DNA of 64,000 nucleotides from Clostridiales bacterium (GTDB taxonomy: Bacteria > Bacillota > Clostridia > Christensenellales > CAG-138). The stretch spans positions 2,118 to 66,117 of the forward strand of contig SFIR01000002.1 in assembly GCA_004556165.1 (NCBI GenBank), in the 5' to 3' direction. The position numbers were made by a program, and so were the translations under genes. The notes under the pieces were generated by a model that had not been told where the DNA came from, searched no databases, and was given only the letters and a program-made list of their open reading frames with translations. Shown in pieces: positions 46,154 through 56,203 of the stretch; the stretch's first letter is position 1; every line of letters begins with the position of its first letter.

Positions 46154-47176
46154 TTATTGCTCGTTTTCCGTCTTATTGTGCACATAACGCTCTATCTCGC
46201 CGGTAATGTTGCCGAGAACAAGCTTTCTTGCCTGATTGATTGCGGATGCAATGGCCGTAGAATCGCTGCTGCCATGTGCCTTGATAATTCCTCCGTTGAT
46301 GCCGAGCAGAGGTGCTCCGCCGTGTTCTTTATAGTCCATTCTGCTCTTCAGCGTCTTAAAAGCAGACTTGCTCATTGCTGCGCCGAGCTTGGATATTGTC
46401 GAACTCATAAGCTCGGATTTGAGCATCTTAAGAAGCGCCGATACAGTGCCTTCCATTGATTTCAGTATGGCATTGCCGACAAAACCATCACAAACCACAA
46501 CATCATAGTCGCCGGTCATGACATCTCGGAACTCACAATTCCCGACAAAATTCAGCCCCTTCTCGTCTTTGAGAAGGGCATATGCCGCTTTGGTGAGCTC
46601 ATTTCCCTTGCCTTCTTCGGTTCCGTTGCTGACGATAGCAACGCGAGGGGATTCAATGCCAAGCACTGCTTTAAAGTATGCGGTTCCCATGTGAGCAAAC
46701 TGGACAAGGTATTCGGGCTTACAATCGGCATTGGCGCCGCAGTCGATCAGCATGACAGGATCCTTGAGTGTGGGAATGAGCGGAGCAAGCGCAGGGCGAA
46801 GAACTCCGGGAATTCTTTTAACGAGCAGCGTAGCGCCTGCAAGCACGGCACCGGAGCTTCCTGCGGATATAAAGCAGTCGGCTTCATTGTCGGCTACAAG
46901 CCTGAGCGCTTTAACAAGGGAACTCTCTTTTTTGCGCTTAATGGCGACTGTGGGCTGATCTTCACATGTGATTATGTCGGGAGCGTGTACGATTTCGATG
47001 CGAGCTCGATGCTTTGTGTAATCAGAACCGTGTTTTTCAAGCTCACCTTTTATTGCGGCTTCATCACCGGTCAATATGACATCAAAATCGGAATAATGCT
47101 CCATTGCCAGTAATACACCTTCAATTATTGCTTCCGGAGCGTGGTCTCCGCCGAAAGCATCTATAGCAAATCTCAT
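46154..47176 (-). CDS. plsX: phosphate acyltransferase PlsX
   Basis: 'MRFAIDAFGGDHAP' and 'GFVGNAILK' motifs. The ATG at 47176 lies 5 nt after GGAGG. Confidence 0.95.
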   Translation of the reverse strand: MRFAIDAFGGDHAPEAIIEGVLLAMEHYSDFDVILTGDEAAIKGELEKHGSDYTKHRARIEIVHAPDIITCEDQPTVAIKRKKESSLVKALRLVADNEADCFISAGSSGAVLAGATLLVKRIPGVLRPALAPLIPTLKDPVMLIDCGANADCKPEYLVQFAHMGTAYFKAVLGIESPRVAIVSNGTEEGKGNELTKAAYALLKDEKGLNFVGNCEFRDVMTGDYDVVVCDGFVGNAILKSMEGTVSALLKMLKSELMSSTISKLGAAMSKSAFKTLKSRMDYKEHGGAPLLGINGGIIKAHGSSDSTAIASAINQARKLVLGNITGEIERYVHNKTENEQ

Positions 47177-47425
47177 GCTTACCTCCGCTTTTACTGACAG
47201 CTGATTCCGCAGCATAAAAAGATCATGAGAAGAATAGCAGCTGAAATAGAGTATGCACTATTATAAGTTATTCTGTTCGAAATTTCAACTTTTTTGTATA
47301 AAGCTGCCGCAGGGGCTCTTGCTGCTGCCGACAAGAGTTGTATATTTTTACTTTTCTGTTGCTGTTTCTTGATTTGTGTACTATAATGCAAATTATGGAA
47401 TTACTATAACCTTATGGAGGTAATT

Positions 47426-48670
47426 ATGATTCAGTTTGATGTAATTCGTGCTCATGACCCCGAACTTTGCGGCTATATGGAAGAGGAGCTTGCCCGCCAG
47501 CGCAGCCACCTCGAGCTTATTGCTTCGGAGAACTTTGTGAGTGAGACTGTTATGGCAGCTATGGGCAGCCACCTTACAAACAAGTATGCAGAAGGTTATC
47601 CCGGAAAGCGCTACTACGGCGGATGCGAATGCGTTGATAAGGTTGAGAACCTCGCTCGTGAACGCGTTAAGAAGCTCTTCGGTGCAGAGCATGCAAATGT
47701 TCAGCCTCATTCCGGCGCACAGGCAAACCTGTCCGTATACTTTGCGTTGCTCAACCCCGGTGATACAATTCTCGGCATGAACCTCAGCCACGGCGGTCAT
47801 CTTACCCACGGCAGCCCCGTCAATATGAGCGGTAAGTATTTCAATGTCGTTCCTTACGGCGTAAGCGAGAAGGATGAGCAGATAGATTATGATGAGTTCC
47901 GCCGCATTGCAAATGAATGCAAGCCTAAGCTCATCGTTGCCGGTGCAAGCGCATATCCCAGAGCTATTCGCTTCGATATCATCGCTGATATCGCACATGA
48001 AGTCGGCGCTATCTTCATGGTAGATATGGCTCATATCGCCGGCCTTGTTGCAGCCGGTCTTCATATGAACCCCGTAGAATACGCAGATGTCGTAACCAGC
48101 ACCACTCATAAGACCCTTCGCGGCCCCCGCGGCGGCCTCATCCTCTGCAAGGAAGAATATGCCAAGGCTATCGACAAGGGTATTTTCCCGGGTACTCAGG
48201 GCGGTCCTCTCATGCATACCATCGCTGCAAAGGCAGCATGCTTCAATGAAGCGCTTCAGCCCGAGTTCAAAGAGTATCAGACCCAGGTCGTCAAGAATGC
48301 TAAGGTTCTTGCTGCTGAGCTGCAGAATGCAGGCCTTAGGATCGTCTCCGGCGGCACCGACAATCACCTTATGCTCGTGGACCTGACCGCAAGCGGCAGG
48401 ACGGGCAAGGAGGTTGAGGCTCTGCTTGATCAGGCCAATATTACCGTTAATAAGAATACCATTCCTTTTGAGACTCGCAGCCCCTTCGTCACCAGCGGCA
48501 TCCGCATCGGTACTCCAGCACTGACCACTCGCGGCTTCAAAGAGGACGACATGAAGGTAATTGCAGGTCTTATCGCAAAGATCGTCTTCAACGGCGAAGA
48601 TGCGGTCGAAGAGGTCAAGGCAGAGGTTGCTAAGCTCACCGCAAAGTATCCCCTTTATCCCGAAGACTGA
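47426..48670 (+). CDS. glyA: serine hydroxymethyltransferase
   Basis: 'LELIASENF', '[13 protein letters not shown]' and the PLP site '[15 protein letters not shown]'. The ATG at 47426 lies after GGAGG. Confidence 0.95.
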   Translation: MIQFDVIRAHDPELCGYMEEELARQRSHLELIASENFVSETVMAAMGSHLTNKYAEGYPGKRYYGGCECVDKVENLARERVKKLFGAEHANVQPHSGAQANLSVYFALLNPGDTILGMNLSHGGHLTHGSPVNMSGKYFNVVPYGVSEKDEQIDYDEFRRIANECKPKLIVAGASAYPRAIRFDIIADIAHEVGAIFMVDMAHIAGLVAAGLHMNPVEYADVVTSTTHKTLRGPRGGLILCKEEYAKAIDKGIFPGTQGGPLMHTIAAKAACFNEALQPEFKEYQTQVVKNAKVLAAELQNAGLRIVSGGTDNHLMLVDLTASGRTGKEVEALLDQANITVNKNTIPFETRSPFVTSGIRIGTPALTTRGFKEDDMKVIAGLIAKIVFNGEDAVEEVKAEVAKLTAKYPLYPED

Positions 48671-48689
48671 TCGAATTCTATCCATACCG

Positions 48690-48720
48690 AAAGGCACGGC
48701 TGATGTCGTGCCTTTTTTGT
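48690..48720 (+). terminator. rho-independent terminator after glyA
   Basis: AAGGCACG-8 nt loop-CGTGCCTT followed by TTTTGT. Confidence 0.7.
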
Positions 48721-48764
48721 ATTCTCGAGATGGAATGTGATGGAATCACGGATATGCTTCTTAA

Positions 48765-49613
48765 TCAGTTTGCAGGCTTTTGTACGCCGTTCACATCAAT
48801 AATCGTTGTGCCATCGAGCAAAAGCTCTCCTATGGTTACAAATTCATATCCCTGCCCGAGGGCAGTTTCAATTAAAGTCGGAAGGTACTGCTCAATCTTG
48901 AATCCGTTATTATGCGAGAGAATGATCGAGCCGGGTTTGAGCTTGGGCAGTACAGAATTCAGGATAGTTTCTGCACTTCTCTCTTCACGCCAGTCAACCG
49001 TGTCGATATCCCACTGAATGACCTCATAGCCTGCATTACGAACTGTTGTGATAACATTATCGTTGTATTCACCGTAAGGTGCTCGGAACAGGGTGGAGCG
49101 CTTTCCGATTATCGACTCAAGAATGTCATCATATTTCTTGAGTTCGTCAAGTATCTGCTGAGAAGACAGCTTATTCATATGCGGATGAGTCGCCGTATGG
49201 TTACCTATCTGATGGCCTTCTGCGTCGATCCTTTTTACAATATCGGGGTACTTTTCTGCCCAGAAGCCGCAAAGGAAGAAGGTTGCTTTGATATTGTATT
49301 TGTTAAGCGTTTCCAAAATAAATTCCGTCTTATCATCTGCCCATGCCGCGTCGATGGTCAGAGCGATTTTTTTATCCTCCCTTGAAACGCTGTACACCGG
49401 CAGCTCCTTTTGAAGCCCGGCAAATACCGCAAGCTCATAGCTTTCAACTTCGTTTCCGATCTGTGCATTGGGATCGGGGGAAGGATCGGTACCGACATTA
49501 GGTTCAGTGCTTCTATCGCTGCATACAATCGCGAGAACGACCGCAAGAATTATTACTGCAAGTATAAGACCTGCGGCGATCAAATTCTTTTTTGTTAAGA
49601 CAAACACCTTCAT
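48765..49613 (-). CDS. polysaccharide deacetylase (NodB homology) family protein, PdaA/PdaB-like, membrane anchored
   Basis: N-terminal TM segment. 'ALTIDAAW...NIKATFFLCGFW', 'GHQIGNHTATHPHM' and 'LFRAPYGEYN' NodB motifs. Confidence 0.8.
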   Translation of the reverse strand: MKVFVLTKKNLIAAGLILAVIILAVVLAIVCSDRSTEPNVGTDPSPDPNAQIGNEVESYELAVFAGLQKELPVYSVSREDKKIALTIDAAWADDKTEFILETLNKYNIKATFFLCGFWAEKYPDIVKRIDAEGHQIGNHTATHPHMNKLSSQQILDELKKYDDILESIIGKRSTLFRAPYGEYNDNVITTVRNAGYEVIQWDIDTVDWREERSAETILNSVLPKLKPGSIILSHNNGFKIEQYLPTLIETALGQGYEFVTIGELLLDGTTIIDVNGVQKPAN

Positions 49614-49741
49614 ATAATCGTTTCCTCTCTATTTAATTCGATAAAGCATATGTAAGCAGATTGTCCGAAAATGCATATTGCATTAAATCAACTCACCGAG
49701 CCGATAATAAGTTCAGACTCTGATTTTGAAGGTGAAAAAAT

Positions 49742-51355
49742 ATGTCTTTTTGGAAACATATTAAGGATAAGGTCGCATTCGATCAACCTGATATGCGATT
49801 TGAATTATTGGAGCGCGAATCGGGCGAACCCCGGCATCTGTTCGGCTGGGAGGATGTTCCTGCACAGCAAGAAGAAGCATATGACCCCTGCCCCGATACT
49901 TTAGCTGAAGTAAAAGATAAGCTCGGAAAAACGTTCAGAACGGATATAAACAAGGACGTAATATTCAAGAGATTTACGGCCGGAGCAGAAAAGATAATGC
50001 TCGTGTATATGAACGGCATGGCTGATGCCGATCTCATAAGTGACTTTATTATAAAGCCATTACTCAAAATTGATGAAACAGAGGATGTCGGGCTGAACGA
50101 TCTGCGCGAACACTATGTTGAGATATCGGAGGATGAAACATCCGATGATCTTACAAAGATTAAGCAGGCGATAATGGACGGTATGACGATCCTTTTCATG
50201 GAGGGAGAGAATCAAGCCCTCATTTTGGAAACGCGTGGATACGAAAAAAGATCGGTTTCGAGCGCAGAAAACGAAAAGGTAGTAAGGGGACCGAAGGAGG
50301 GCTTTGTCGAAAGCATTCGCACGAATATTACCCTTGTGAGAAGGATAATCAAGTCGAATGACCTTGTGGTAGAGAGACGCTCTTCCGGCGGAGACAACAA
50401 TACCCAAATCGCTATACTGTATAGGGACGGAGTAACAAACAGAAGCCTGATCGAAGAGGTCAAGAGGAGATTGGCGAAGATAAATATTCGTTCAATGTTC
50501 AGCACGGGAGTTCTGGAGCAGCTGATAGAGGACTGCCCGAGCTCTCCGCTTCCGCAGACGCTTGCAACGGAGCGCCCGGATCGGACTGCGAACTACATTA
50601 TGAGGGGCAGCGTAGCTCTGATTGCGGACGGCAGCCCGTTTGCAATAATCGTTCCTATCACGCTTGCGAGCCTGATGAGCTCACCGGAGGATGTTTATCT
50701 CAGAAAACCGCTTGGCGATGTAATTCGAATTGTGAGATACATCGGAGTACTGCTTTCGCTTCTGCTTCCGGGATATTTTATTGCTCTGGCACTTTATCAT
50801 CAGGGATTGCTGTCCAATGAAGTGCTCAACACCGTAATTCAATCGCGGCAGATGGTTTTTCTTCCGATCGCGGCGGAAATGGTTATGCTGCTTTTGGTTT
50901 TCCAGCTAATCCGTGAAGCAGGCATGCGCGTACCTGGGAGCATAGGTCAGGCAATCGGCATAATAGGAGGTCTGATATTGGGTCAGGCTGCCGTTGCGGC
51001 TAACCTTGCAAGCTCGGTAATACTGATCGTGGTCGCTATTTCAGGCCTCGGCAATTTCTGCATTCCGGATCATTCATCACAGATTGCCGCTTCGTACTTC
51101 AGAATTGCTTTTGTGATTGCTGCCTGGCTTGCAGGGCTTCTCGGGCTCACATGCGCTTTTGTGATATTCATTGCATATTTGGCGAATCTGAAGTCATTCG
51201 GTGTTCCGTTCTTGGCACCTTATGCTCCGAAAACTTATAATAAGCGTCCGTTTATTCTCCGCGGGAGGATAGGTATGCATCATCGCGCCGAGGACTATAT
51301 GAACACGCACAGCGATACGCTGAAAAAGAAAAAAGATTATTCGGCGAAAGCCTAA
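49742..51355 (+). CDS. spore germinant receptor A subunit (GerA/GerK family)
   Basis: 'VRGPKEGFVESIRTNITLVRRII' and 'TERPDRTANYIMRGSVALIADGSPFAIIVP' are GerA-family motifs. The C-terminal region is a membrane domain. Confidence 0.9.
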   Translation: MSFWKHIKDKVAFDQPDMRFELLERESGEPRHLFGWEDVPAQQEEAYDPCPDTLAEVKDKLGKTFRTDINKDVIFKRFTAGAEKIMLVYMNGMADADLISDFIIKPLLKIDETEDVGLNDLREHYVEISEDETSDDLTKIKQAIMDGMTILFMEGENQALILETRGYEKRSVSSAENEKVVRGPKEGFVESIRTNITLVRRIIKSNDLVVERRSSGGDNNTQIAILYRDGVTNRSLIEEVKRRLAKINIRSMFSTGVLEQLIEDCPSSPLPQTLATERPDRTANYIMRGSVALIADGSPFAIIVPITLASLMSSPEDVYLRKPLGDVIRIVRYIGVLLSLLLPGYFIALALYHQGLLSNEVLNTVIQSRQMVFLPIAAEMVMLLLVFQLIREAGMRVPGSIGQAIGIIGGLILGQAAVAANLASSVILIVVAISGLGNFCIPDHSSQIAASYFRIAFVIAAWLAGLLGLTCAFVIFIAYLANLKSFGVPFLAPYAPKTYNKRPFILRGRIGMHHRAEDYMNTHSDTLKKKKDYSAKA

Positions 51356-51380
51356 AAACATCGGACAGGAGATGGTAAGA

Positions 51381-52496
51381 ATGAATTTGAGAGAAGGCAG
51401 AATGGGCATGCTGGAGGGCATAAGCCTCGCAGCGATTTCCATGTGCATTACGAGTTTATTCACTTTGGATCCGGAATCAACGTACAGTGGCGGAAATGCC
51501 ACTTATATCACACTTCCGCTTGCGGCATTTATTGCGCTTTTGCTTTTTTGCCTTATTACGGAAGTGATGAAGCGTAACGGTTATGATAATTTTTCGGATA
51601 TGCTCGACAACTGCTTCGGTGCCTTGGGAAGCAACATCGTTTCCATAATATTATTGATAGGGTTTTCTTTTTCCGCGTATGCGCCGCTCATGCGGTTCGT
51701 TCAAATAATGCACGGACTCTTTTTTGCCGGAGTAAGCTATCGACAGATACTTCTGTTCATGCTTCCGGCCTCTGTGGTGCTTGCCTGGCTCGGCTTTGAG
51801 GCTCTCGGCCGCACAGCCAAGTGCTATTCTGTCGTAATACTGGTTGTTACAGCGGTATCCTTCATTGTTTCGTGGAATGAAATTGATTCGTACAGACTGT
51901 ATCCGTTAGTCGGTTGTTCAGCCGAACGGGTCGTAACCATGACGATTTCACAGACTGTATCATTCCTGCCTGCATTGATGGGGCTATTGATATCATCATC
52001 CGGCCTTAACGGCAGAAAAACGATGCGTTATGTCGGAGTACGTTCAGCAGTTATCTCAGCTCTCATCTGCTTTGTCGTTCAGCTTTTACTCGGCATGATC
52101 TACTCATACTCCGACCTGAGCAATCTTATTGCACCCCTTTGCAGAATAAATCATCTCAGGTTCGGCGATACAAGCTATCTGAGGCTTGACAAGCTTGCTC
52201 AGATGATATGGATGAACGGAGGAGTAATAACGGGAGCATTCTACATCTATTCAGGAGCTTCACTTTTTGCGCGAAGCTTCAAAATATCCGATATAAGGCC
52301 GGTCACCGCGCCAATTACGCTTTTGGTCACGGCAATGATTCTAATGGAGTTTGACGGCATCTTTACAAAGTACGAGTGGCTGGTTGATACATGGAATAAC
52401 CTTGGGTTTGTAGTATTTGCAGTTCCGATTTTGGCGGTGTCGTTAGCAGCTTTGCTGAAAAAGAGACCGAAGGGTAAGGAGAAAAGTATTGCGTAG
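51381..52496 (+). CDS. spore germinant receptor B subunit (GerAB/APC-type permease)
   Basis: About 370 aa polytopic permease between the A and C subunits. The start could be ATG 51381 or ATG 51372. Confidence 0.85.
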   Translation: MNLREGRMGMLEGISLAAISMCITSLFTLDPESTYSGGNATYITLPLAAFIALLLFCLITEVMKRNGYDNFSDMLDNCFGALGSNIVSIILLIGFSFSAYAPLMRFVQIMHGLFFAGVSYRQILLFMLPASVVLAWLGFEALGRTAKCYSVVILVVTAVSFIVSWNEIDSYRLYPLVGCSAERVVTMTISQTVSFLPALMGLLISSSGLNGRKTMRYVGVRSAVISALICFVVQLLLGMIYSYSDLSNLIAPLCRINHLRFGDTSYLRLDKLAQMIWMNGGVITGAFYIYSGASLFARSFKISDIRPVTAPITLLVTAMILMEFDGIFTKYEWLVDTWNNLGFVVFAVPILAVSLAALLKKRPKGKEKSIA

Positions 52497-53697
52497 TAAA
52501 CTAAGATTGACTTTTGCGAACATATTGGCAGCTGCATCACTATTGGTATTTTCTTCATGCTTGAATCCGGTTAGCCTGGATAACTATGCCTATGTTGCGA
52601 CCATAGGAGTTGATCCGGGAAAGGAATACAAATATGATATCACGCTTGAACTTCAGGGCGAGAACTTCAGCAATGCCGATGAAATATCGAGCGGAGCATC
52701 AATACTGTCGGATGAAGGGGATACGCTGTTTGAGGTGATAAACAAACTGTACCAGAGACTCCCGACCGAACTGAACTTCTCAAGGACAAATGTATTCGTA
52801 TTCAATAAGGAGATTGCGGAAAGCGGAGCGATAGAGGAGTTCTTTACACTGTCGCTCGACAAGCTGCGGATAAGGTCGTCTTCCATGGTAGTTATCAGCG
52901 ACTGCAGCGCAAGGGAATTCCTCGGAGGCAGGATGGCGAACAACGATCAGAATATCAATAGGGTTCACGAAAATATTTACCGTGATGCTTTGATCTCGGG
53001 AAATGTTGCGGTGGACAGCGTTGCTTCACTATATGAAGCATGCAGCGGCGGAAGATTTGATGTGGGCCTTTCGTACTGTTTCTTTGATTCTGAAATAATT
53101 ACAGATGCAAAGCAGCGCGATGAAGCATCTCAGGGGAATAACCCGATCGGCGATTCAAAATCGGAAAGGATCGGAGGTATGCAGATATATGTCGGAGGCG
53201 CAGCAATATTTGACGGATGGAAAATGGTCGGAACGTTTGATTTTGTTGATACGCAGTATCTGAGCCTTGCTTCAGGGGAGTTCCGTACAGGAAGTATTGC
53301 CGTTCCGCTCGATGAAGGAAAAACGGTTGTCTTTGCGGAGCTGGATGAACATAAAATCAGCGTAGATATAAAAGATGACAAGGTAACGGGGGAGATCAGT
53401 ATTACTTTGAGCATCAGCCTTGAGCAGGACACGACCGGAAATATGGGCGCCCAGTGGGATGGAAAATACAAAGATGAGATGGAAAAATTCTTTGAAACGG
53501 AGCTTAAAAGGGTGTTTAGCCGCTGCAGGGATGTGAACAGCGATGCTATCGGCATCGGCAAGGAGGTATCAAAAAAATTCACATCCGCTGCGGAATGGGA
53601 AGCTTTTGATTGGAAGAATAAATATCAGGACTGCGAATTGACCTTCGATGTTGAACTCATCTTATCCGACTATTATATTGCCGTAACGAGGGAATAG
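52489..53697 (+). CDS. spore germinant receptor C subunit (Ger(x)C lipoprotein)
   Basis: Lipobox 'LLVFSSC', and 'YVATIGVDPG' typical of the GerAC N-terminus. TTG start lies 7 nt after AAGGAG. Confidence 0.85.
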   Translation: MRSKLRLTFANILAAASLLVFSSCLNPVSLDNYAYVATIGVDPGKEYKYDITLELQGENFSNADEISSGASILSDEGDTLFEVINKLYQRLPTELNFSRTNVFVFNKEIAESGAIEEFFTLSLDKLRIRSSSMVVISDCSAREFLGGRMANNDQNINRVHENIYRDALISGNVAVDSVASLYEACSGGRFDVGLSYCFFDSEIITDAKQRDEASQGNNPIGDSKSERIGGMQIYVGGAAIFDGWKMVGTFDFVDTQYLSLASGEFRTGSIAVPLDEGKTVVFAELDEHKISVDIKDDKVTGEISITLSISLEQDTTGNMGAQWDGKYKDEMEKFFETELKRVFSRCRDVNSDAIGIGKEVSKKFTSAAEWEAFDWKNKYQDCELTFDVELILSDYYIAVTRE

Positions 53698-53698
53698 C

Positions 53699-53869
53699 AT
53701 GCTTGATACGATATTGATACCATTAGCGGCAATAATATGCTTCGGCTATGACATTGCTTATATAATTCATTCGGGCAAACGGAAAAACATCTATGCAGTC
53801 TTCGGCACCGCAATTCTTCTGCTTGCTGCAATTGCATGCTGCCTGATCGTAGAAATACAATATTGGTAA
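53699..53869 (+). CDS. small 2-TM membrane protein (56 aa), candidate germinant-receptor D-type subunit; not in ORF track
   Basis: The ATG lies 1 nt after the gerC stop and 5 nt after GAGGGA. The translation is 'MLDTILIPLAAIICFGYDIAYIIHSGKRKNIYAVFGTAILLLAAIACCLIVEIQYW', a two-helix hairpin with a basic loop. Confidence 0.4.
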   Translation: MLDTILIPLAAIICFGYDIAYIIHSGKRKNIYAVFGTAILLLAAIACCLIVEIQYW

Positions 53870-53876
53870 CAGAAAA

Positions 53877-53910
53877 GGAACAAATGCACATGCATTTGTT
53901 CCAGTCTTTT
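53877..53910. terminator. stem-loop between the ger operon and convergent rpsU
   Basis: GGAACAAATGCA (53877-53888) pairs with TGCATTTGTTCC (53891-53902), followed by AGTCTTTTT. Confidence 0.55.
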
Positions 53911-53928
53911 TCAAGCCAAATTCAAAGA

Positions 53929-54099
53929 TCAATACTTACGCTTTCTGGCAGCTTCAGCTTTCTTTTTACGCTTTACGCTGGGCTTTTCGTAATGTTCACG
54001 CTTTCTTGCATCAGCAAGGATACCCGAACGAGCGCATTTACGCTTCCAACGCTTGATTGCACTCTCCAAGGATTCGTTTTCACCAACGCGGATTTCCAC
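53929..54099 (-). CDS. rpsU: 30S ribosomal protein S21 (missed by ORF track, <60 aa, GTG start)
   Basis: The reverse-strand translation is '[55 protein letters not shown]'. This closely matches the S21 consensus (compare B. subtilis '...RKNESLEDALRRFKR...[26 protein letters not shown]'). GAGGGGGG lies 9 nt upstream. Confidence 0.9.
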   Translation of the reverse strand: MEIRVGENESLESAIKRWKRKCARSGILADARKREHYEKPSVKRKKKAEAARKRKY

Positions 54100-54199
54100 T
54101 ATCAATTTCCCCCCTCTCTCATGCGGGACATTGCTGATTCACGGATTTACATCCGTAGGAACGATGTTATAAGGTGTGTTCACCTCTAAACACCAAATC

Positions 54200-54228
54200 A
54201 TTATACACAGCGGTAAACAATTAGTCAA
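54200..54228 (-). promoter_or_regulatory. sigma-A consensus promoter of rpsU
   Basis: On the minus strand: TTGACT (54228-54223), 17 nt spacer, TATAAT (54205-54200). This gives a leader of about 95 nt. Confidence 0.65.
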
Positions 54229-54287
54229 CCTGATTTTCAGCTAAATCCGCCGAAACTAAAAATATAATTTCTGCGGATGCGTTTCTG

Positions 54288-55946
54288 CTATTGCTTGGAA
54301 GGGTTATAGCTGTCCTTCAAACCGACGGTTCGGTTGAAAATGAGATTATTTTCGCTCGAATCGGGATCGGTGCAGAAATAACCGATGCGCATAAACTGGA
54401 ATTTATCGCCGGGCTTTGATGCAGCAAGATAGGGCTCAACAAACCCATGAACGACCTTCTTGGATTCCGGATTCAGCTTGTCGATAAAATCATCTGCGCT
54501 TACATCTTCACTGGTCATCAAGGCGTCGTAAAGCCTGAATTCTGCAGGAACAGCATCAGCAACAGGTACCCATTGTATCGTGCCCTTTACCTTGCGCTCG
54601 CATTCTCCACTTCTGGTATCGGGGTCATAGGTGCAATGAATCTCCTTAATGCTGCCGTCGTCGTTCAGGATGAATGAATTGCATTTGATTATGTATGCAC
54701 CCTTTAGCCTGACCTCTCCGTCGGGCTTCAGCCTGAAGAACTTTTTGGGAGGTTCGACCATAAAATCATCATTCTCTATATAGATTTCACGGCCGAAGCG
54801 CACAATATGTGTCTTGCCGAATTTTTCGTCGCCTTCTTCGGCTATGGGAAGGTTTTCAATCTCGATTTCCTCAAATTGATCGGCAGGATAATTATCGATA
54901 ATGACCTTAACGGGATTAAGCACAGCCATTACGCGGTCGCAGTGTGCGTTCAGATCCTCTCTGACGCAGTGCTCGAGCATAGCGGAATCTATCAGAGAAT
55001 CGGATTTCGCCACGCCTGCACGCTCAAGAAAATCCTTGATAGCCTCGGGCGTATAGCCCTTTCTGCGCATTCCGCAAAGGGTTGGCATCCTCGGATCATC
55101 CCAGCCGTCAACATAATGCCCCTCAACAAGGGCGCGCAGGAAACGCTTGCTCATGATAGTATTTGATAAATTGAGCCTCGCAAATTCGATCTGACGGGGC
55201 TTATGCTCGAAACCGCAGTTATCTATGACCCAGTTATAAAGGGGTCTGTGAGCCTCATATTCGAGCGAACAGAGTGAGTGCGTTATTCCTTCAATTGCGT
55301 CCTGAATCGGATGAGCGAAGTCATACATCGGATAGATGCACCATTTGTCGCCGAGATGGTGATGCGTCTTATGAAGTATCCTGTAAAGCGCAGGATCGCG
55401 CATGTTTATATTGGGCGAAGCCATATCTATCTTTGCACGAAGTGTGCGGCTGCCGTCGGGGAATTCGCCGTTTTTCATGCGTTCGAATAGGTCGAGGTTT
55501 TCTTCGACGCTGCGGTCGCGGTAGGGGCTGTTGATGCCGGGCTCGGTAAGCGTTCCGCGGTATTCCCTAATCTGATTCTTGTCGAGATCACAAACGTAGG
55601 CCTTGCCCTCTTTTATCAGCTTAACGGCCAACTCATAGCAGGTATCAAAATAATCGCTGCCGTAGCAGACCTTATTCCATTTGAAACCGAGCCAGCGGAT
55701 ATCCTTTTCAATTGCATCGACGTATTCGACATCCTCCTTAGTTGGATTGGTGTCGTCAAAGCGAAGATTACATTTACCGCCGAAGCGTTCAGCAGTAGAA
55801 AAGTTTATCCATAAAGCTTTTGCGTGTCCGATATGAAGATAACCGTTGGGTTCCGGTGGGAACCTTGTCATTACGGTTGGATTTGCTTTAGTATCCTGAA
55901 CGATGAATTCTTCTATAAAATTACGGGGCTCGAAATTGCTTTCCAT
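54288..55946 (-). CDS. glnS: glutamine--tRNA ligase
   Basis: Class I '[17 protein letters not shown]' (HIGH) and 'IMSKR' (KMSKS). At 552 aa it has the GlnRS-type beta-barrel anticodon-binding C-terminus. Confidence 0.93.
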   Translation of the reverse strand: MESNFEPRNFIEEFIVQDTKANPTVMTRFPPEPNGYLHIGHAKALWINFSTAERFGGKCNLRFDDTNPTKEDVEYVDAIEKDIRWLGFKWNKVCYGSDYFDTCYELAVKLIKEGKAYVCDLDKNQIREYRGTLTEPGINSPYRDRSVEENLDLFERMKNGEFPDGSRTLRAKIDMASPNINMRDPALYRILHKTHHHLGDKWCIYPMYDFAHPIQDAIEGITHSLCSLEYEAHRPLYNWVIDNCGFEHKPRQIEFARLNLSNTIMSKRFLRALVEGHYVDGWDDPRMPTLCGMRRKGYTPEAIKDFLERAGVAKSDSLIDSAMLEHCVREDLNAHCDRVMAVLNPVKVIIDNYPADQFEEIEIENLPIAEEGDEKFGKTHIVRFGREIYIENDDFMVEPPKKFFRLKPDGEVRLKGAYIIKCNSFILNDDGSIKEIHCTYDPDTRSGECERKVKGTIQWVPVADAVPAEFRLYDALMTSEDVSADDFIDKLNPESKKVVHGFVEPYLAASKPGDKFQFMRIGYFCTDPDSSENNLIFNRTVGLKDSYNPSKQ

Positions 55947-56004
55947 ATTATGAACCTTTCTTTAGGGAAACAAAAAAACACTTCCCTTTATAATCAGCAT
56001 AGTT

Positions 56005-56033
56005 ATTATGCCGCTCCGAACGTAAATTGTCAA
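56005..56033 (-). promoter_or_regulatory. sigma-A promoter of glnS
   Basis: On the minus strand: TTGACA (56033-56028), 17 nt spacer, CATAAT (56010-56005). Confidence 0.6.
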
Positions 56034-56203
56034 TACCCGAGTGAACTTTATGATAGTGTTTGCGTTGAAAAGATTGGTATTTGCGGACTATTTTTGAAAA
56101 AAGAGAAGAAAATTTGGACTTCAGCATATACAAAAGGCGTTTTTAGTGCTATGATATAAACGGACATAAACAGAAAGTGAATTTTGACACAAGGAGGAAT
56201 AAT

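Noticed and set aside
47393-48697. A 434-aa ORF on the minus strand spanning the whole of glyA.
   Set aside because: It is exactly antisense to an unmistakable serine hydroxymethyltransferase (PLP site [15 protein letters not shown]). Its translation is low-complexity, Cys/Ala/Leu-rich, and carries no recognisable motif, ribosome-binding site or promoter. It is a classic shadow ORF produced by codon bias of the sense gene.
49614-49741. Sigma-G-like promoter upstream of the ger operon (GCATT-18 nt-GATAATA).
   Set aside because: It has one mismatch in each short element, and several alternative alignments are possible. It is plausible biologically but not supportable from sequence alone.
53836-54189. 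A 117-aa plus-strand ORF listed in the track.
   Set aside because: The opposite strand encodes ribosomal protein S21 with near-consensus sequence plus its promoter. The plus-strand ORF is its shadow.
55947-56004. A hairpin AGGGAA…TTCCCT in the glnS 5' UTR, considered as a possible attenuator or T-box.
   Set aside because: It has only a 6-bp stem with a U-rich loop, no following U-run, and no T-box core sequence. The leader is too short (about 50 nt) for a T-box.
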